The notes under the pieces: model-generated
Database searches by the model: none
Told to the model about the DNA's origin: nothing
What the model saw: only the letters and a program-made list of their open reading frames with translations
Program-made: the position numbers and the translations under genes
In this document: positions 9,688 through 22,100 of the stretch, piece by piece
Layout: every line of letters starts with the position of its first letter
How positions within the stretch are numbered: position 1 is the first letter of the stretch
Source of the DNA: an uncultured Candidatus Saccharibacteria bacterium
GTDB lineage: Bacteria; Patescibacteriota; Minisyncoccia; Phycocordibacterales; DATDWN01
Assembly: GCA_964616425.1 (NCBI GenBank)
Contig: CAZTQY010000001.1
Coordinates: 23,008-87,007 of the forward strand
Direction of reading: 5' to 3'
Length of the DNA stretch: 64,000 bases

Positions 9688-10719
9688 CTATAGAGACTTT
9701 GAGTTCAAAATAAGATCTTGATATATATCGATAAGAGTAAAAAACAAAGCAACAAGTAGTGGCCCAAATATAAATCCAATAGGGCCAAAAAATGCTAGCC
9801 CCCCCAATACTGCAAACAACATAATTAATTGATGTATTTCAATATTTCTAGAATATAGATACGGCGACAAGAGATTATCAACTAGACTAACGCCCAAAAC
9901 CCACCAAACAATAAGACCCAATGTATGTGGAATATTTCCAGAAATATAACTATAGATTATAGCTGGAACAAAAGTAATAGTAGTACCTAAACCAGGCACA
10001 AGCGATGCCACAGCAGATACACTACCCCATAATGTTGGGTTTGGTATACCAAACAACCACATACCTAAACCAGATAGTGCTCCCTGTATAATAGCTATCA
10101 AAACAATACTAATTACTGTTGCATCAACTGTTTGCTTTAATTTTACTGAAATTTTCTCATCATATTTGTCACCAAGCGGACTGAGACCAATCAAAATCTT
10201 TTTAAACTTTTCGCCATCTCGCAAGAAAAAGAACAAAGAGAAAAATATAAGAAGAATGTCTATCAAAATATTAAAGACTGACGAAATTATTGCAGTCAAA
10301 TGACTAGTGATCCAATCTGCTCCGACAGAAGCTATTGCACTAATATCTACTGAAAAATCAGGCGAGAACTTTTGGATTGGTTTTTCTATAGAATCAGAAA
10401 TTTTTTGAATGTAATCTATTTCTGAATGATTTGATAATTGTGAATATATATTTTTTGATTCATCTAAAAGTTTAAATGTTAGGAAAATCGAAGGAATTAG
10501 AATTACCACCAAAAATGAGACAACTAAGATAAATGCTGAAAGGCCATTTCTTCCACCAAGTCTTCTGGTTAACCGTTTTTGCAATGGAGACAAAACAATA
10601 GAAAATATCGCAGAAAGAACTATAACCTCTATAAATGGCAGAAATACAAAAAACACCAACACTGATATAACAAATAGTAAACCTATAAAAAAATACTTCT
10701 GTAAGACATCTCTATCCAT
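9688..10719 (-). CDS. AI-2E family transporter (start probably 10719)
   Basis: Multi-TM; FFFLRDG, VDNLLSP and GGLAFFGPIGFIFGP motifs. Confidence 0.9.
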   Translation of the reverse strand: MDRDVLQKYFFIGLLFVISVLVFFVFLPFIEVIVLSAIFSIVLSPLQKRLTRRLGGRNGLSAFILVVSFLVVILIPSIFLTFKLLDESKNIYSQLSNHSEIDYIQKISDSIEKPIQKFSPDFSVDISAIASVGADWITSHLTAIISSVFNILIDILLIFFSLFFFLRDGEKFKKILIGLSPLGDKYDEKISVKLKQTVDATVISIVLIAIIQGALSGLGMWLFGIPNPTLWGSVSAVASLVPGLGTTITFVPAIIYSYISGNIPHTLGLIVWWVLGVSLVDNLLSPYLYSRNIEIHQLIMLFAVLGGLAFFGPIGFIFGPLLVALFFTLIDIYQDLILNSKSL

Positions 10720-10821
10720 CGTCAAATTATACCACAACTAATATGAAATTTTAATTTATTTACAAAAAAAGTTATCAACAACAAACATTGATAAACATTA
10801 ATAGACTGCTATTATAGATAT

Positions 10822-11070
10822 ATGGCAAATCTTTTTATAACAATCAAACAAGCTTCAAAAATACTAGGAGTTTCCCCTCTCACACTTCGTAATTGGGACA
10901 ATAATGGAAAGCTAAAAGCTCATAGGCACCCAATGAACAATTATCGTGTTTATAAAATAGAAGACTTAGAAACAGTAATACGTGACATTGAAGCAGGAAC
11001 AGGCAGAAGAATCAGCACAAAGCAGGAGATAAAAAAACTTATAGTGAAGCACTTAAGAGATGATGAGTAA
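10822..11070 (+). CDS. MerR-type helix-turn-helix DNA-binding protein
   Basis: ITIKQASKILGVSPLTLRNWDNNGKL...NNYRVY. Confidence 0.88.
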   Translation: MANLFITIKQASKILGVSPLTLRNWDNNGKLKAHRHPMNNYRVYKIEDLETVIRDIEAGTGRRISTKQEIKKLIVKHLRDDE

Positions 11071-11083
11071 ATTTTTTGAGATT

Positions 11084-11467
11084 TTATTTGTTCTCTTCCA
11101 AATCTAGACACACGGAATTCAGACAGTAACGCATTCCCGTATCAGTTGGACCATCATTAAACACATGACCCAAATGTGAACCGCACTTTGAACAAACAAC
11201 TTCCGTTCTTTGCATTCCTTGCGTATCATCTGTTATCTCTTTAACAGCACCTGGTAGAGCCTGATCAAATGAAGGCCAACCTGTTCCAGAGTCAAACTTC
11301 GCTTCTGAAGAGAACAGGTTCTGCCCACAAACTTTACATTTATACATACCATCTCTATCGTCATGTAAAAGTTTTCCAGAAAATGGAGCTTCTGTCCCCT
11401 TTTGCCTCAATACAGCATACTCCTCTGCTGTTAACTTTGTCTTTAATTCATCTTCGTTAATATTCAT
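11084..11467 (-). CDS. msrB: Peptide-methionine (R)-S-oxide reductase
   Basis: GTEAPFSG, KFDSGTGWPSF, HLGHVFNDGP, RYCLNS. Confidence 0.97.
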   Translation of the reverse strand: MNINEDELKTKLTAEEYAVLRQKGTEAPFSGKLLHDDRDGMYKCKVCGQNLFSSEAKFDSGTGWPSFDQALPGAVKEITDDTQGMQRTEVVCSKCGSHLGHVFNDGPTDTGMRYCLNSVCLDLEENK

Positions 11468-14400
11468 TTATTTGTTATTTATTTTATTAATTTCTGATCT
11501 TGTTTTTGGACCCAACAATCCATATCCTGTAGTCGCAGGCGTACCGTTACATACTATCCCATTATCACATTGGAATTTTTGTATAGCCTTTTGTGTGAGA
11601 GAGCCAAACAAATTTGTTTCATTACCAGGTGAACCTGGGCCAGATTTAGCTAAAATATAACCATGATTGTTCAAAAACACTTGAAGAAGTTTTACATCAT
11701 CCCCTCTACTATTTAACGATAACTTTTTTTTGAATATTATAATTTCAGTTGACGTTGTGACAGGAATATTATTATTTATTTTAAAGACATATGGTTGGAC
11801 ATTGACCTTACCAAATAAATCTGGCTGACCGTTACTTATTTGCATATTTGATTGGACAACAACAGGTAATGCTTCTGTTGTAAAAAGATACAATGCACTA
11901 GTAGATGAATTTCCTGCATTATCATACACACTCACTGAGTATGAATACCCTACAGCCGGAGATAGACTCGAATCAATCCATGAAGTTGAAGTTGTAGCCC
12001 CAGAATCTGTAGATAATGTTGTATTTTGAAATAAATAAGTTGCAATATCAGATAGAGCATCCACACTTCCAGATATAGAAATAGTTATTGAACTGGTTGT
12101 TATATCCGAAGAAGAAACAGAACCTGGAGTTGGAGGTACAGTATCTACTTTAAAAGCAACGCCTCCACTGTTAGCTGTAGAATACCCTGATTCACCAGCA
12201 TAATTATCTATTGCTTTTACCCTCCAGTAGTAAGCCGAACTATCTGAAATAGTTTGTCCAAAAGATCCAGTTGTATAATTCCCGCTACCAACAGCCTGAC
12301 CGACTGTAAATTCAAAAGATCCTTGAGAATCAAGTTCCGAAGTGTAATCTACTACAGGTGACGAGAAATCTGATGAATCATCTATTTGAATCTGATATTT
12401 TACCGTATCGCTCACATCTGTATCAGATAGAGTAAAGTTAAAAGTTGGAGTATTGTCAGTTCCCCAAGCACCATCCGTTACAGAACCTGAAGTGATTGAT
12501 GGTGATGAAGGATTGTTATTACATGCTAAAAATGTCCACGCGTTATTTGATGTATTAGTTGAGCTTCTTGTGGTCATACTACCAGCCATATTTGATATAG
12601 ATAAGTCATACAATGTAAAAGTACCAACACCAGACCATGTTCTTTGAGTTGGTGATGCAGATGAATTTATAACTATAGCGTCAACACCTCCACAAGAAGA
12701 ACCACTACCATCAAGACTGATAGACCCTGAGTTTGTAACATCTCCACCCAGAGTAATATCCCCAGTACCAGTATTTGACCACGTACCAAAAGCGGAAACC
12801 GTTGTTGCTCCTCCAATCGTTAAGTTAAATGTTGCCCCTTGGTCAAAAGTTCCAGAAGCAACCTCAAGTGTATTCCCGAGAACAATATTGCTAGCCATAG
12901 TTACACTATTTCCAACTGATTTATTTACTTTTAATTTTGCGCCAATAGTTGTATTTGATGATATTGTCTTATCTACAGCACCATTCATTTCAAGAGTAAG
13001 GTTTGCTCCACCAAATGTTGAACTTGTGTTTGAATTGTTTTGTAAAACATTCCCACCAATAGTCCATACATACGCACTGGCTGGATTTGGAATACTGCCA
13101 CCCGTAATTGTTAAATTGCCAGCAATTGCACAGTTGCCAGTAGGTGTCAGGGTTCTATCAATATATAATTTATTTATTGATAGTGAGGCAAAAGTTGCAG
13201 CTCCACAATTAATTGACCCTGAATTTCCACTTTGCAATGTTAGAGCAGTATTGTTTGGAATTGTCCCACTTGTATAAAGAAAACTTTCTTCGGCTATCAT
13301 AGTTGGGTTTACATTCATTGTAAGAGTTCCAGTGTTAGTAAATGATCCTCCACAACAATTACCTACCATTACGTCCAATTCAGAAAGGCTTGTGGTAATC
13401 GTTCCAGAGTTTGAAAGATCACCATTAATTGTCCATGTTCCAGTTCCTACATTTAATGTACCCCCATTATAAATGGTACCAGTAGAAGTTGGATCGTTTC
13501 CTAGAGGTAAAGAATTATTTCCACAACTTGAAGCGATAGAAATATACCTATCGGACCAAGTCTTGTTTACTATAAATGATGCAAATGAATAACTACCGCA
13601 AGTAATTGTTCCTCCACTACTTGAGTCTTGTGCATACAATGTTATACCGCTAGGTTGAGTTCCACTAGTAAAATTAAGACCGGCACTTACACGGATAATT
13701 GGACTACTACCCATAGTAAGAGTTCCATTGTTTGTAAAAGACCCTCCACCATTTGGTTCTGCAAAATACAATTCAGTTAAACTAGTAGTTACCGTTCCAT
13801 TGTTCGTCAGATTACCATTCAAGTTAAGTGCACCTGTTCCCAAAGTTATAGTTCCATTGTTTGTAATAGTTCCAACCCATGTTGGACTGTTACCGCCCTG
13901 AATATTACAATTTGAACCAATTGTAATAGTTCTATCTGCAAATTGCATACTGAGTGTCACACTTGAAAATGTTACATTGTTACAACTCAAGATAGAACCA
14001 CCAGAGCCTGAAAATGTTATTGAACCTGAATTCGCATTAAATGTAGGTGAACCAGATACAGTAAAACTACTTTGCACTGTTAATGTTCCACTCGTTGACC
14101 TAAATGTGCCACCTGTAAGTGAAAAAGTACTACTTACAGAAATGGCTTGTGATGCACCATTAAACGTACCCGCTGCTTGGCTATATGCCCCACTAATAGT
14201 GAGGGCTCTTGCTTGAGTTATAGTCCCAGAATATCCTGATGAAATAGTCATGCCAGTGACTGTTCCCTGAAAACTTGAATCGAGTGTTGCATCTTTTGTT
14301 GATGTACCATCAAATACAACCGAGTCAGATGAAGTAGGAGTTGAATCAGCAGACCAGTTAGCAGCACATGACCATTTATTACCATCACCAGCGACTCCAC

Positions 14401-14545
14401 CGCATGTTCCATCTGAACCACCACCATCCCATGTTCGTACAGCAGCAAAAGTATTATTTGGAATAGCCAAAAAGATTAAAAATAACAAAAAAATACTACC
14501 AATTAATGTAATCTTATATTTTTTTGATTTCATTAATCTAATCAT
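11468..14545 (-). CDS. Large secreted surface protein (beta-helix-like N-terminus, Fn3/Ig-like modules, C-terminal peptidoglycan-binding domain)
   Basis: Signal peptide, S/T/G/N-rich repeats, YYWRVKA module, GDDVKLLQVFLN...FGSLTQKAIQKFQ. Confidence 0.75.
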   Translation of the reverse strand: MIRLMKSKKYKITLIGSIFLLFLIFLAIPNNTFAAVRTWDGGGSDGTCGGVAGDGNKWSCAANWSADSTPTSSDSVVFDGTSTKDATLDSSFQGTVTGMTISSGYSGTITQARALTISGAYSQAAGTFNGASQAISVSSTFSLTGGTFRSTSGTLTVQSSFTVSGSPTFNANSGSITFSGSGGSILSCNNVTFSSVTLSMQFADRTITIGSNCNIQGGNSPTWVGTITNNGTITLGTGALNLNGNLTNNGTVTTSLTELYFAEPNGGGSFTNNGTLTMGSSPIIRVSAGLNFTSGTQPSGITLYAQDSSSGGTITCGSYSFASFIVNKTWSDRYISIASSCGNNSLPLGNDPTSTGTIYNGGTLNVGTGTWTINGDLSNSGTITTSLSELDVMVGNCCGGSFTNTGTLTMNVNPTMIAEESFLYTSGTIPNNTALTLQSGNSGSINCGAATFASLSINKLYIDRTLTPTGNCAIAGNLTITGGSIPNPASAYVWTIGGNVLQNNSNTSSTFGGANLTLEMNGAVDKTISSNTTIGAKLKVNKSVGNSVTMASNIVLGNTLEVASGTFDQGATFNLTIGGATTVSAFGTWSNTGTGDITLGGDVTNSGSISLDGSGSSCGGVDAIVINSSASPTQRTWSGVGTFTLYDLSISNMAGSMTTRSSTNTSNNAWTFLACNNNPSSPSITSGSVTDGAWGTDNTPTFNFTLSDTDVSDTVKYQIQIDDSSDFSSPVVDYTSELDSQGSFEFTVGQAVGSGNYTTGSFGQTISDSSAYYWRVKAIDNYAGESGYSTANSGGVAFKVDTVPPTPGSVSSSDITTSSITISISGSVDALSDIATYLFQNTTLSTDSGATTSTSWIDSSLSPAVGYSYSVSVYDNAGNSSTSALYLFTTEALPVVVQSNMQISNGQPDLFGKVNVQPYVFKINNNIPVTTSTEIIIFKKKLSLNSRGDDVKLLQVFLNNHGYILAKSGPGSPGNETNLFGSLTQKAIQKFQCDNGIVCNGTPATTGYGLLGPKTRSEINKINNK

Positions 14546-14546
14546 A

Positions 14547-16115
14547 TCAATTATTCTTTACAAGACTACTTCCCGTCATCTCTTTGGGCTGTTCTATTCC
14601 CATTAATTTTAAAACTGTTGGAGCCACATCTATTAATGATCCAGTTGTAGGTTCTTCAAATAAATTACTTAAATTTTTATCACTCACCTCTTGAAGTGAA
14701 TCTGTAATAAAAACTATTGGAACATTTGCAGTAGAATGTTGAGTGTCACTATTTTTTGTAGATGGGTCAATCATTTCTTCTATATTTCCGTGATCAGCTG
14801 TAACTATAACAATATCCTTTGATAGATCGTGTGCAAGAACTACTTGTTTTAAAGATTCATCTACTTTTGCAAGAGCTTGCTCAGCTGCTTCTATACTTCC
14901 TGAATGAGCAACCATATCTGTATTTGCAAAATTTACTATAACAAAACGACAGGAACTATTTACGCTTTCCAATACAACTTTTACTATTTCGTCAGCCGCC
15001 ATTTCAGGATGAACAGTATAATCTTCACCATTTAAAACACGTGAAGGGACTATCTTTCTTTCTTCACCAATATATGGAACTAACCTTCCACCATTAAAAA
15101 AGTTTGTAACATGAGCTTCCTTTTCACTTTCTGCTACACGAAGCTGTTTAATATTTTTATTACTAAATATTTCTCCCAAAGTGTTATCTATAATTGTAGG
15201 TGGGTATGCTACCAGTACTTTAAATAAATTACTGTACTCAGCCATTGTTACTACTGATAAATTCAAATATGCATTACCCCTATCAAAACTCGTAAAATCT
15301 TCTGAAACAAAAGTAGAAACAAGCTCTTTCATTCTGTCGTTACGAAAGTTAAAGAAAACCACACCATCACCGTCATTTATCTTTGCCGTATTACCCAATG
15401 AATCTGAAATAGAAATAGGGACAATGTCAGCATCAAAAATGCCTTGGCTATGCGATTTCTTTATGTAATCGATTGGTTCTCCATCCCATTTTTCACTTTT
15501 CCCAGCCATAGCAGCCCAAGACTTCTCTATTAGACTCCAGTTGCCCACCCTATCCATTGCATAATTCCTACCACTTATAGATGCTATCTTTGCACCAGTC
15601 TCAAGCAAAACTAAATTTAGTTTTTCCATACTACTTATTGAAGATTCCCTACCAGAATCCTCACCATCCGTTATGACATGGACATGTACTGATTTAAAAT
15701 TATACTTGTGAAAAAATCTAAGTAATGCAAAAAGATGATCCTCGTGTGAATGAATTCCTCCAGTGCTTAAGCAACCTATTATATGAATATTTGTTTTATT
15801 ATCCTTTGTGTGATTTAAAACTTTTAAAAAAGCTAGATTTTTGAAAAATTCCCCATTATCTATTTCACTATTTATTCGAGCTAAACTCTGTATTACAACT
15901 CTTCCTGTACCTATAGCTGAGTGACCCACTTCACTATTCCCATACTTTCCCCAATTAAGCCCAACAACGAGACCTGAAGCGGTTATACTTTGAGTCTTAT
16001 ATTTTGATAACAAACTATTTAAAAAAGGCATATTTTCCTCCCTCACTGGATTACCATAGCCTGGAGGTGCTATACCAAATCCATCCAAAACAATTAGAGT
16101 GACTTTATTTACCAT
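14547..16115 (-). CDS. gpmI: 2,3-bisphosphoglycerate-independent phosphoglycerate mutase
   Basis: LIVLDGFG, GNSEVGH, FNFRNDR, DMVAHSG and TADHGN motifs; start placed at MVNKV. Confidence 0.93.
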   Translation of the reverse strand: MVNKVTLIVLDGFGIAPPGYGNPVREENMPFLNSLLSKYKTQSITASGLVVGLNWGKYGNSEVGHSAIGTGRVVIQSLARINSEIDNGEFFKNLAFLKVLNHTKDNKTNIHIIGCLSTGGIHSHEDHLFALLRFFHKYNFKSVHVHVITDGEDSGRESSISSMEKLNLVLLETGAKIASISGRNYAMDRVGNWSLIEKSWAAMAGKSEKWDGEPIDYIKKSHSQGIFDADIVPISISDSLGNTAKINDGDGVVFFNFRNDRMKELVSTFVSEDFTSFDRGNAYLNLSVVTMAEYSNLFKVLVAYPPTIIDNTLGEIFSNKNIKQLRVAESEKEAHVTNFFNGGRLVPYIGEERKIVPSRVLNGEDYTVHPEMAADEIVKVVLESVNSSCRFVIVNFANTDMVAHSGSIEAAEQALAKVDESLKQVVLAHDLSKDIVIVTADHGNIEEMIDPSTKNSDTQHSTANVPIVFITDSLQEVSDKNLSNLFEEPTTGSLIDVAPTVLKLMGIEQPKEMTGSSLVKNN

Positions 16116-16131
16116 ATTTGCATTCCTTAAA

Positions 16132-19100
16132 TTATAACTCAATTTCCTTACTAACCCAGCCTTCTTTTGCATCAATAGGCAAGCTAATTTGTCTCATTGG
16201 GTTAATATGAGCAGCTGTATATGCTTTGAGTATATGCTGACCTCTAGTAGATAGAATAAAATATCGGCCCTGCTCATCAGAAACAGTGAACTTTTCTCTC
16301 TGTCCATTAATATTGTGTAAAGCAATAAATGTAAATGGCAAAACATTCTTAGTTAGATTCTCCAAAGTTAATCCAAATGATTTAAGTTTAAAGCCTGAAA
16401 CTCTAAAAAGAGCTGCGACCAAAATCAAAACAATAGGAAGTAGGCCGAGTAAATTAGGATGTGTTGTATAATTTGTAATTCCAAATATAACTCCAACAAC
16501 AAATAATCCGTCAGAAAGTCTAGTCAATAGATTATTAAACCCAACTGATATTATTCCAAAATATGTTGGCCTTAAAACTTTATCTATACTTAATGGATCC
16601 ATTGGTACATCAAAGTTAACAGTAGTGTCTTGAACATTTATAGGTCCTCCTTGATAAATATTTTCATATAGAATCTTTTCGTTTGTTGTTGGTATTTCAA
16701 CAGATGGGAAGCTATAATTCTTTTGATAAACTTTTAACTGTATGAGAGCGTTACTACCGAGGGCAAACTGAGGTGAAACTAGGAAACCGTATCGTCCTTC
16801 AATATCAGTTACGGCAGACTCTAACTTTCTTGACTCACTATTAAGTAACTCAACCCTAGCAAATGGAATCGGTCTCTTTGTTATTGAGTCATAAACTGTG
16901 CCCCATGGTTTTGATTTTCTTTTTACTTTTATTAGCTGTGGTACAAAATAAAACAAATAAGAAGCGAACCCAGCAAATGGTACTGCCCCATTAGCAAAAG
17001 CTCTTGTAGACAAAGCCAGAGACGTCAGAAGTGGCACAGCAACAGCAACATTACCAACAGATTGAACATAAACATTATCTACCCTATCTGGTAGTGTTCC
17101 AATAAAGTCTTGCGTATCTGCCGAAGCATAATCATAATATGAGGTGTATATATCACTAAAATACTCTGATGGAGATTCATAACCGATACCAGATATGCCG
17201 TTTATTATACTTGAAATTATATCTTTTATTGTAGATGTGTTGTCTTGGTCATTATTTAAATCATTTGAGATAGTCTCACTCGGAGTTGACGGAGTATTTG
17301 TTTCTTCTTTTGTTACAGAAGGCAAAACAACCTCTTTGTAAACAATACAAGGGTTTCCATCTTTATCAGCAGAAACTACACCAGTATTAACTGATACAAC
17401 ATTAGAACCATCGTTGTTAGTTGAAGGTGAACTATCAGTTACATTTTCATTAGATGAATTTGACCCATCGTTTGTTACTGTATTTGTACTAGTAGATAAC
17501 TGCGTTGAAACCTGAATATTTTCTGTAGAGGTTCCAGACTGTTCAACTACTATTGGCGCAGGTGTTGGTACATTTTTAGGCTTATTTTTAAGAAAAGCTT
17601 TTCTGATTTTTCTTGCATTTCTAGCAATTTCCCTAGAAACCTTATACTGATCATTGGCATATTTAATTACAGCTTTATGATTTGGATCTTTTTTATTTAT
17701 GCTATTTATTACTAATTTTCTAAATTCTCTTGCATGCTTGATAGATGATACAAATATTGCGTTGACTTCTTTTATTGTAGCTCCATTATTTATACTGTAG
17801 TCAAATGAATCCACTGGCAAAGCCACGACATTTTCCACTGGAGTTGCTTTATTAGCATTAGAACTAGATTTTGAACTTTGATTTTTTTCACTTGCATTAC
17901 TAGATGCAGCAGCGATATAAGCTCCTAGTACAGTAGGACACGGTGGAAGACTACTCAAATCAGCAGGATTTGGTGTAGTTGTAACCGTATTTGTTACTTC
18001 TACAGTTTCTGGTTGAGTAGTCTCTTCTGTTACTATCTCATTAACAGTAGTAGTTGAAGTTTTTGTATCAACCTCTGTTGTTATTTTTACATCAGATTTA
18101 ACTTCTACAGGAACTGGCTCTGGAACAGAAGAAGTCAAAACTGGTGGAGTTGGAGGAGGGTTACCAGATTGTATAGATGCAATAAATGGTGAAACATAAG
18201 GTGTATTTATCTGACCATATGATCCAACAATAGGTCCATTCGATGCATTCCCACTACTTGGAGTTGATGGAGTAGGTGTAGGAGTTGATGGAATTCCAAC
18301 TATGAAAGCAACGTCTCCACTATTGGCAGTAGAATACGCTGTACTTACCCCATTATTATCAGTAGCACGCACCCTCCAATAATATGAATCGTCAGAGAGA
18401 GTCTGACCTGAAGAACCGACAGTGTAAACGCCATTACCTTCTGACTGTCCTACAACAAAAGATATATCGTTCCAAGATCCCCACTCTGAAGTATAGTCAA
18501 CAACTGGTGATGAAAAATCAGACGAATTATCAATTTGCACTTGATATTTTGCCGGGAAAGAAAAGTTAAATGAAATTGTTGGAGTTGATTCTGCACCAGA
18601 AGATCCGTCTACTCTATTTGATGGACCGAGAGCTGTAATAGTTACTGGTAAAGTATTTAGCATCTTTACCAAAAAATTATCATCTATTCCATTTGTATCA
18701 GAAGCGACTAAACTCGTTCCCCCTGACATAAAATGAACATATTGACCATCAGGCGATATTCCTGAACCCCAACCTCCATCAGCAACACAGTCTGAATTGG
18801 CACTTGCAATCCTGGTTGTTGATGCTACCCTATCTCGAACGAAAATATCATAACCTGTTGCAGTAACATCTGTAACAACATCAGTGTCTTCAGATTCAAA
18901 TGTAATATATCGACCATCATAAGACATGTAGTTATCATAATATGAGTATCCATACGTGGATACAGGAGCTCCTCTATCATTTAAATCTACTTTTTCAGTG
19001 GTAGAATTATTCATGTCTCTCACATAAACATCCCAATTGGCATTGACATCACCTTCAACTAGATTTGTTGAATCTGATTCAAATGCAACTATCATTCCAT

Positions 19101-22100
19101 CCCATGATATAGATGGGTCATATGCACCCTGATCTGCCCCAACTCCAGACGTTGACACAGAAACCCTTCTTGTTTCTCCAGTTTGAGTATCGTGCCAAAA
19201 TACATCTCTTTTTGCTTCATTTAAATTACCGGAATTGTTATCACCAGCAGCTAGGTTATCATCGACAGAAGCAAAGACCACGTATCTACCATCATATGAT
19301 AGAACTGGATTTGATGAGTAACCAACAGCCTCTACTCCACCAGTAGCCTCACTAACACGAGTTGTAACTCCAGATGTTAAATCTTTTATAAATATATCTT
19401 GCTGTCCATTAGTATCTGAGGCAATCATATCTGATGCGCCTGAACTAAACGCAACCTTATTACCGTCGGGAGAAATAAATGGAGAAAGTGCGTCACCTGC
19501 GGCAAAACCACCACCCAATGCATTTGAAACGAGTATAGTAGTATTTGATACTCTATCTCTTATAAAGATATCCCAGTGTGCATTTGTATCATCTGATACT
19601 AAGTTAGTAGCGGCTGATTCAAAAACAACATAACGACCATCAGCAGATATTTGTGGATAATCAGATACTCCATCGGATTCTCCTCCAGCACTCGAGACAC
19701 TAATTCTCTCTGTAGTTTGATTAACGCGATCATACACAAAGACATCCTCAACTGTGTTTAGGTCGCCTGAAACTAGATTTGTAGCTTTAGATGAATAAGC
19801 TATATATCTTCCATCTGCTGAAACTGAAGATTTTAATCCACCAGAAACATCATTAGCTTCTGTTCCTGTACTACTTACGTTGTATCTTATAGGTTGGTTA
19901 CATGTTGCTGGTGCTTCTGGAGTAGGTTCATCATCACCACCGGTTACAGTAAAAGCAATTGCTCCACTGTTAGCTGAGGTGTATGCAGAAGATGCAGTAT
20001 CTTGATCAAGTGTTTTCACCTTCCAATAATAATCGCCATTATAAAGTGTTTGGCCAGATGATCCTACGTTATATGTTCCAAGCCCAGCGGACTGGCCAAC
20101 TGTAAATGAAAAACTGCCCTGCGATGTTATTGAAGAAACATAATCAACTGATGGTGAAGAAAAATCAGAATTATGACTAATGATTACTCTATACTTAACA
20201 GTATCCAAAACATCATCATCAGAAAGATTAAAAGTAAATTGTGGCTGAGTATTTGTTGTTGATGAACCATCTACATATTGTGTAGGACCAAGTGAAGTTG
20301 GGGCGTTAGGTGACGTGTTACTGAAAATAGCAAAATTTGTTAGAAAGTTTGGAGATGTTGTTGAATTTGTCTGGTCAAAAACACCCCCAATTATTAATTT
20401 ATTACCGTTTGAAAATAAACTAGTTAAAGAAGTATAACCGTAAGAACGATTTAAATTTGGTAACCAAGAATAAAGACTACTGTTGCTCAGATTGAAAGCC
20501 ATAGCTTCATCACCTGGCAGCTTATACTCGCCTCTAGTAAAGGATGAGTATGTATAACTTGGGTTTGGAATGCTTATTTGTCTACCAATATAAAGCAAAT
20601 CATCTGTAGCTAATATAGTCTTAACGGGATAATGACTCCAACCACCATATGATTTTGTACCCAAATCTGGATTAAATGAGGTTACTGTTCCATCTGTTAA
20701 ATTAAATCCAGCGACATCATCTCTGTACACTGGAGTTGTTGCATAATTTACAGCTGTAAATTGACCCCCGGCATACAAAGCATTGGAATTGAGAGAAATA
20801 CTATATATAAGTATATCTTGGTCTTTTCTAACAACTTCAGTGGGCACAAGATAATAACTAGTTCCAGACCAATTTTGACCAACCTGACCAGAGGTATTGT
20901 CGCCCCAAGCAAAAAGTCTACCTGTTGTTTTTAAACCAACAGAATGATCTTCACCTCCATATGCATAAGCCCAATCTGTATCTGTACCAACCTGAGTTGG
21001 AGATAGACGTTGAGTTGTATCATTCAAACCTAATTTATAATTAGAGTTAAGTCCCCAAGCGTAGAGTGTTCCATTTTGTTTTACCGCAAAGCTCCAAGCA
21101 TCACCTGCTCCCAGACTAGCCCAATCTGTATCTGTCCCAACTTGTGTAGGAGAAAGGCGCTGAGTTGTATCGCCCAAACCCAATCTTCCATTTGCATTAT
21201 AACCCCAAGCCCAGAGAGTGTGGCTTGTTTTCAATGCAAGCACATGATCACTATCCGCAACGACATCAGACCAGTCTGTATCAGTTCCAACCTGTGTTGG
21301 AACATCTCGCTCAGTAGTGTCACCCAAACCCAATCTTCCATTTGCATTATAACCCCAAGCCCAGAGAGTGCCATCTGATTTTATAGCTAAACTAAATTCA
21401 GAACCTGCTGCAATTTTAATCCAATTAGTATCTGTACCAATTTGTGTTGGAGTATACCTATGAACTAAATCATTTTGACCTAACTCCCCATCATAATTTG
21501 AACCCCAAGCCCAGAGAGTTCCGTCAGACTTTAAAGCAAGTGTATGGTAAAGACCTAAAACAACACGACTCCAATCACTATCACTACCAACTTGTAAAAT
21601 TGTCCTCTTAATCAATAAATCACCCAAACCAAGTTCTCCAAAAGCATTTAATCCCCATGACCACATAGTTCCATCAGTTTTTATACCTATGGCACTTGCA
21701 TCGCCATCACTTGCAGCTATATCTTTCCAAGTATCAGTACCAACTTGTGTAGGGTCACTTGAATCTCGTTCATGATTGCCCAGCTCACCATAACAGTCAC
21801 AGCCCCATGACCACAATGTTCCATTTGTTTTTAAGGATAATGTAAACTGAGTTCCAGCAGTAGTTGTAGCCCAATCAGTATCGCTAATTGGACTATTATG
21901 GATACTTGGGTTCCAACTCGTGACCGCACCATTTGTTAAGTTAAATGCTGCCAAGTTATACCTAGTTGCTGGAGTTGTTCCATTATTTACAGTACTAAAC
22001 AATCCCGCAGCATATAGTGTTGTAGAAGAAAGTGCTATTGAATTGACTAAATGTTGATCTCCATTTATTGGGTCTGTGCCAGTGTCAATATCTGGATTCC

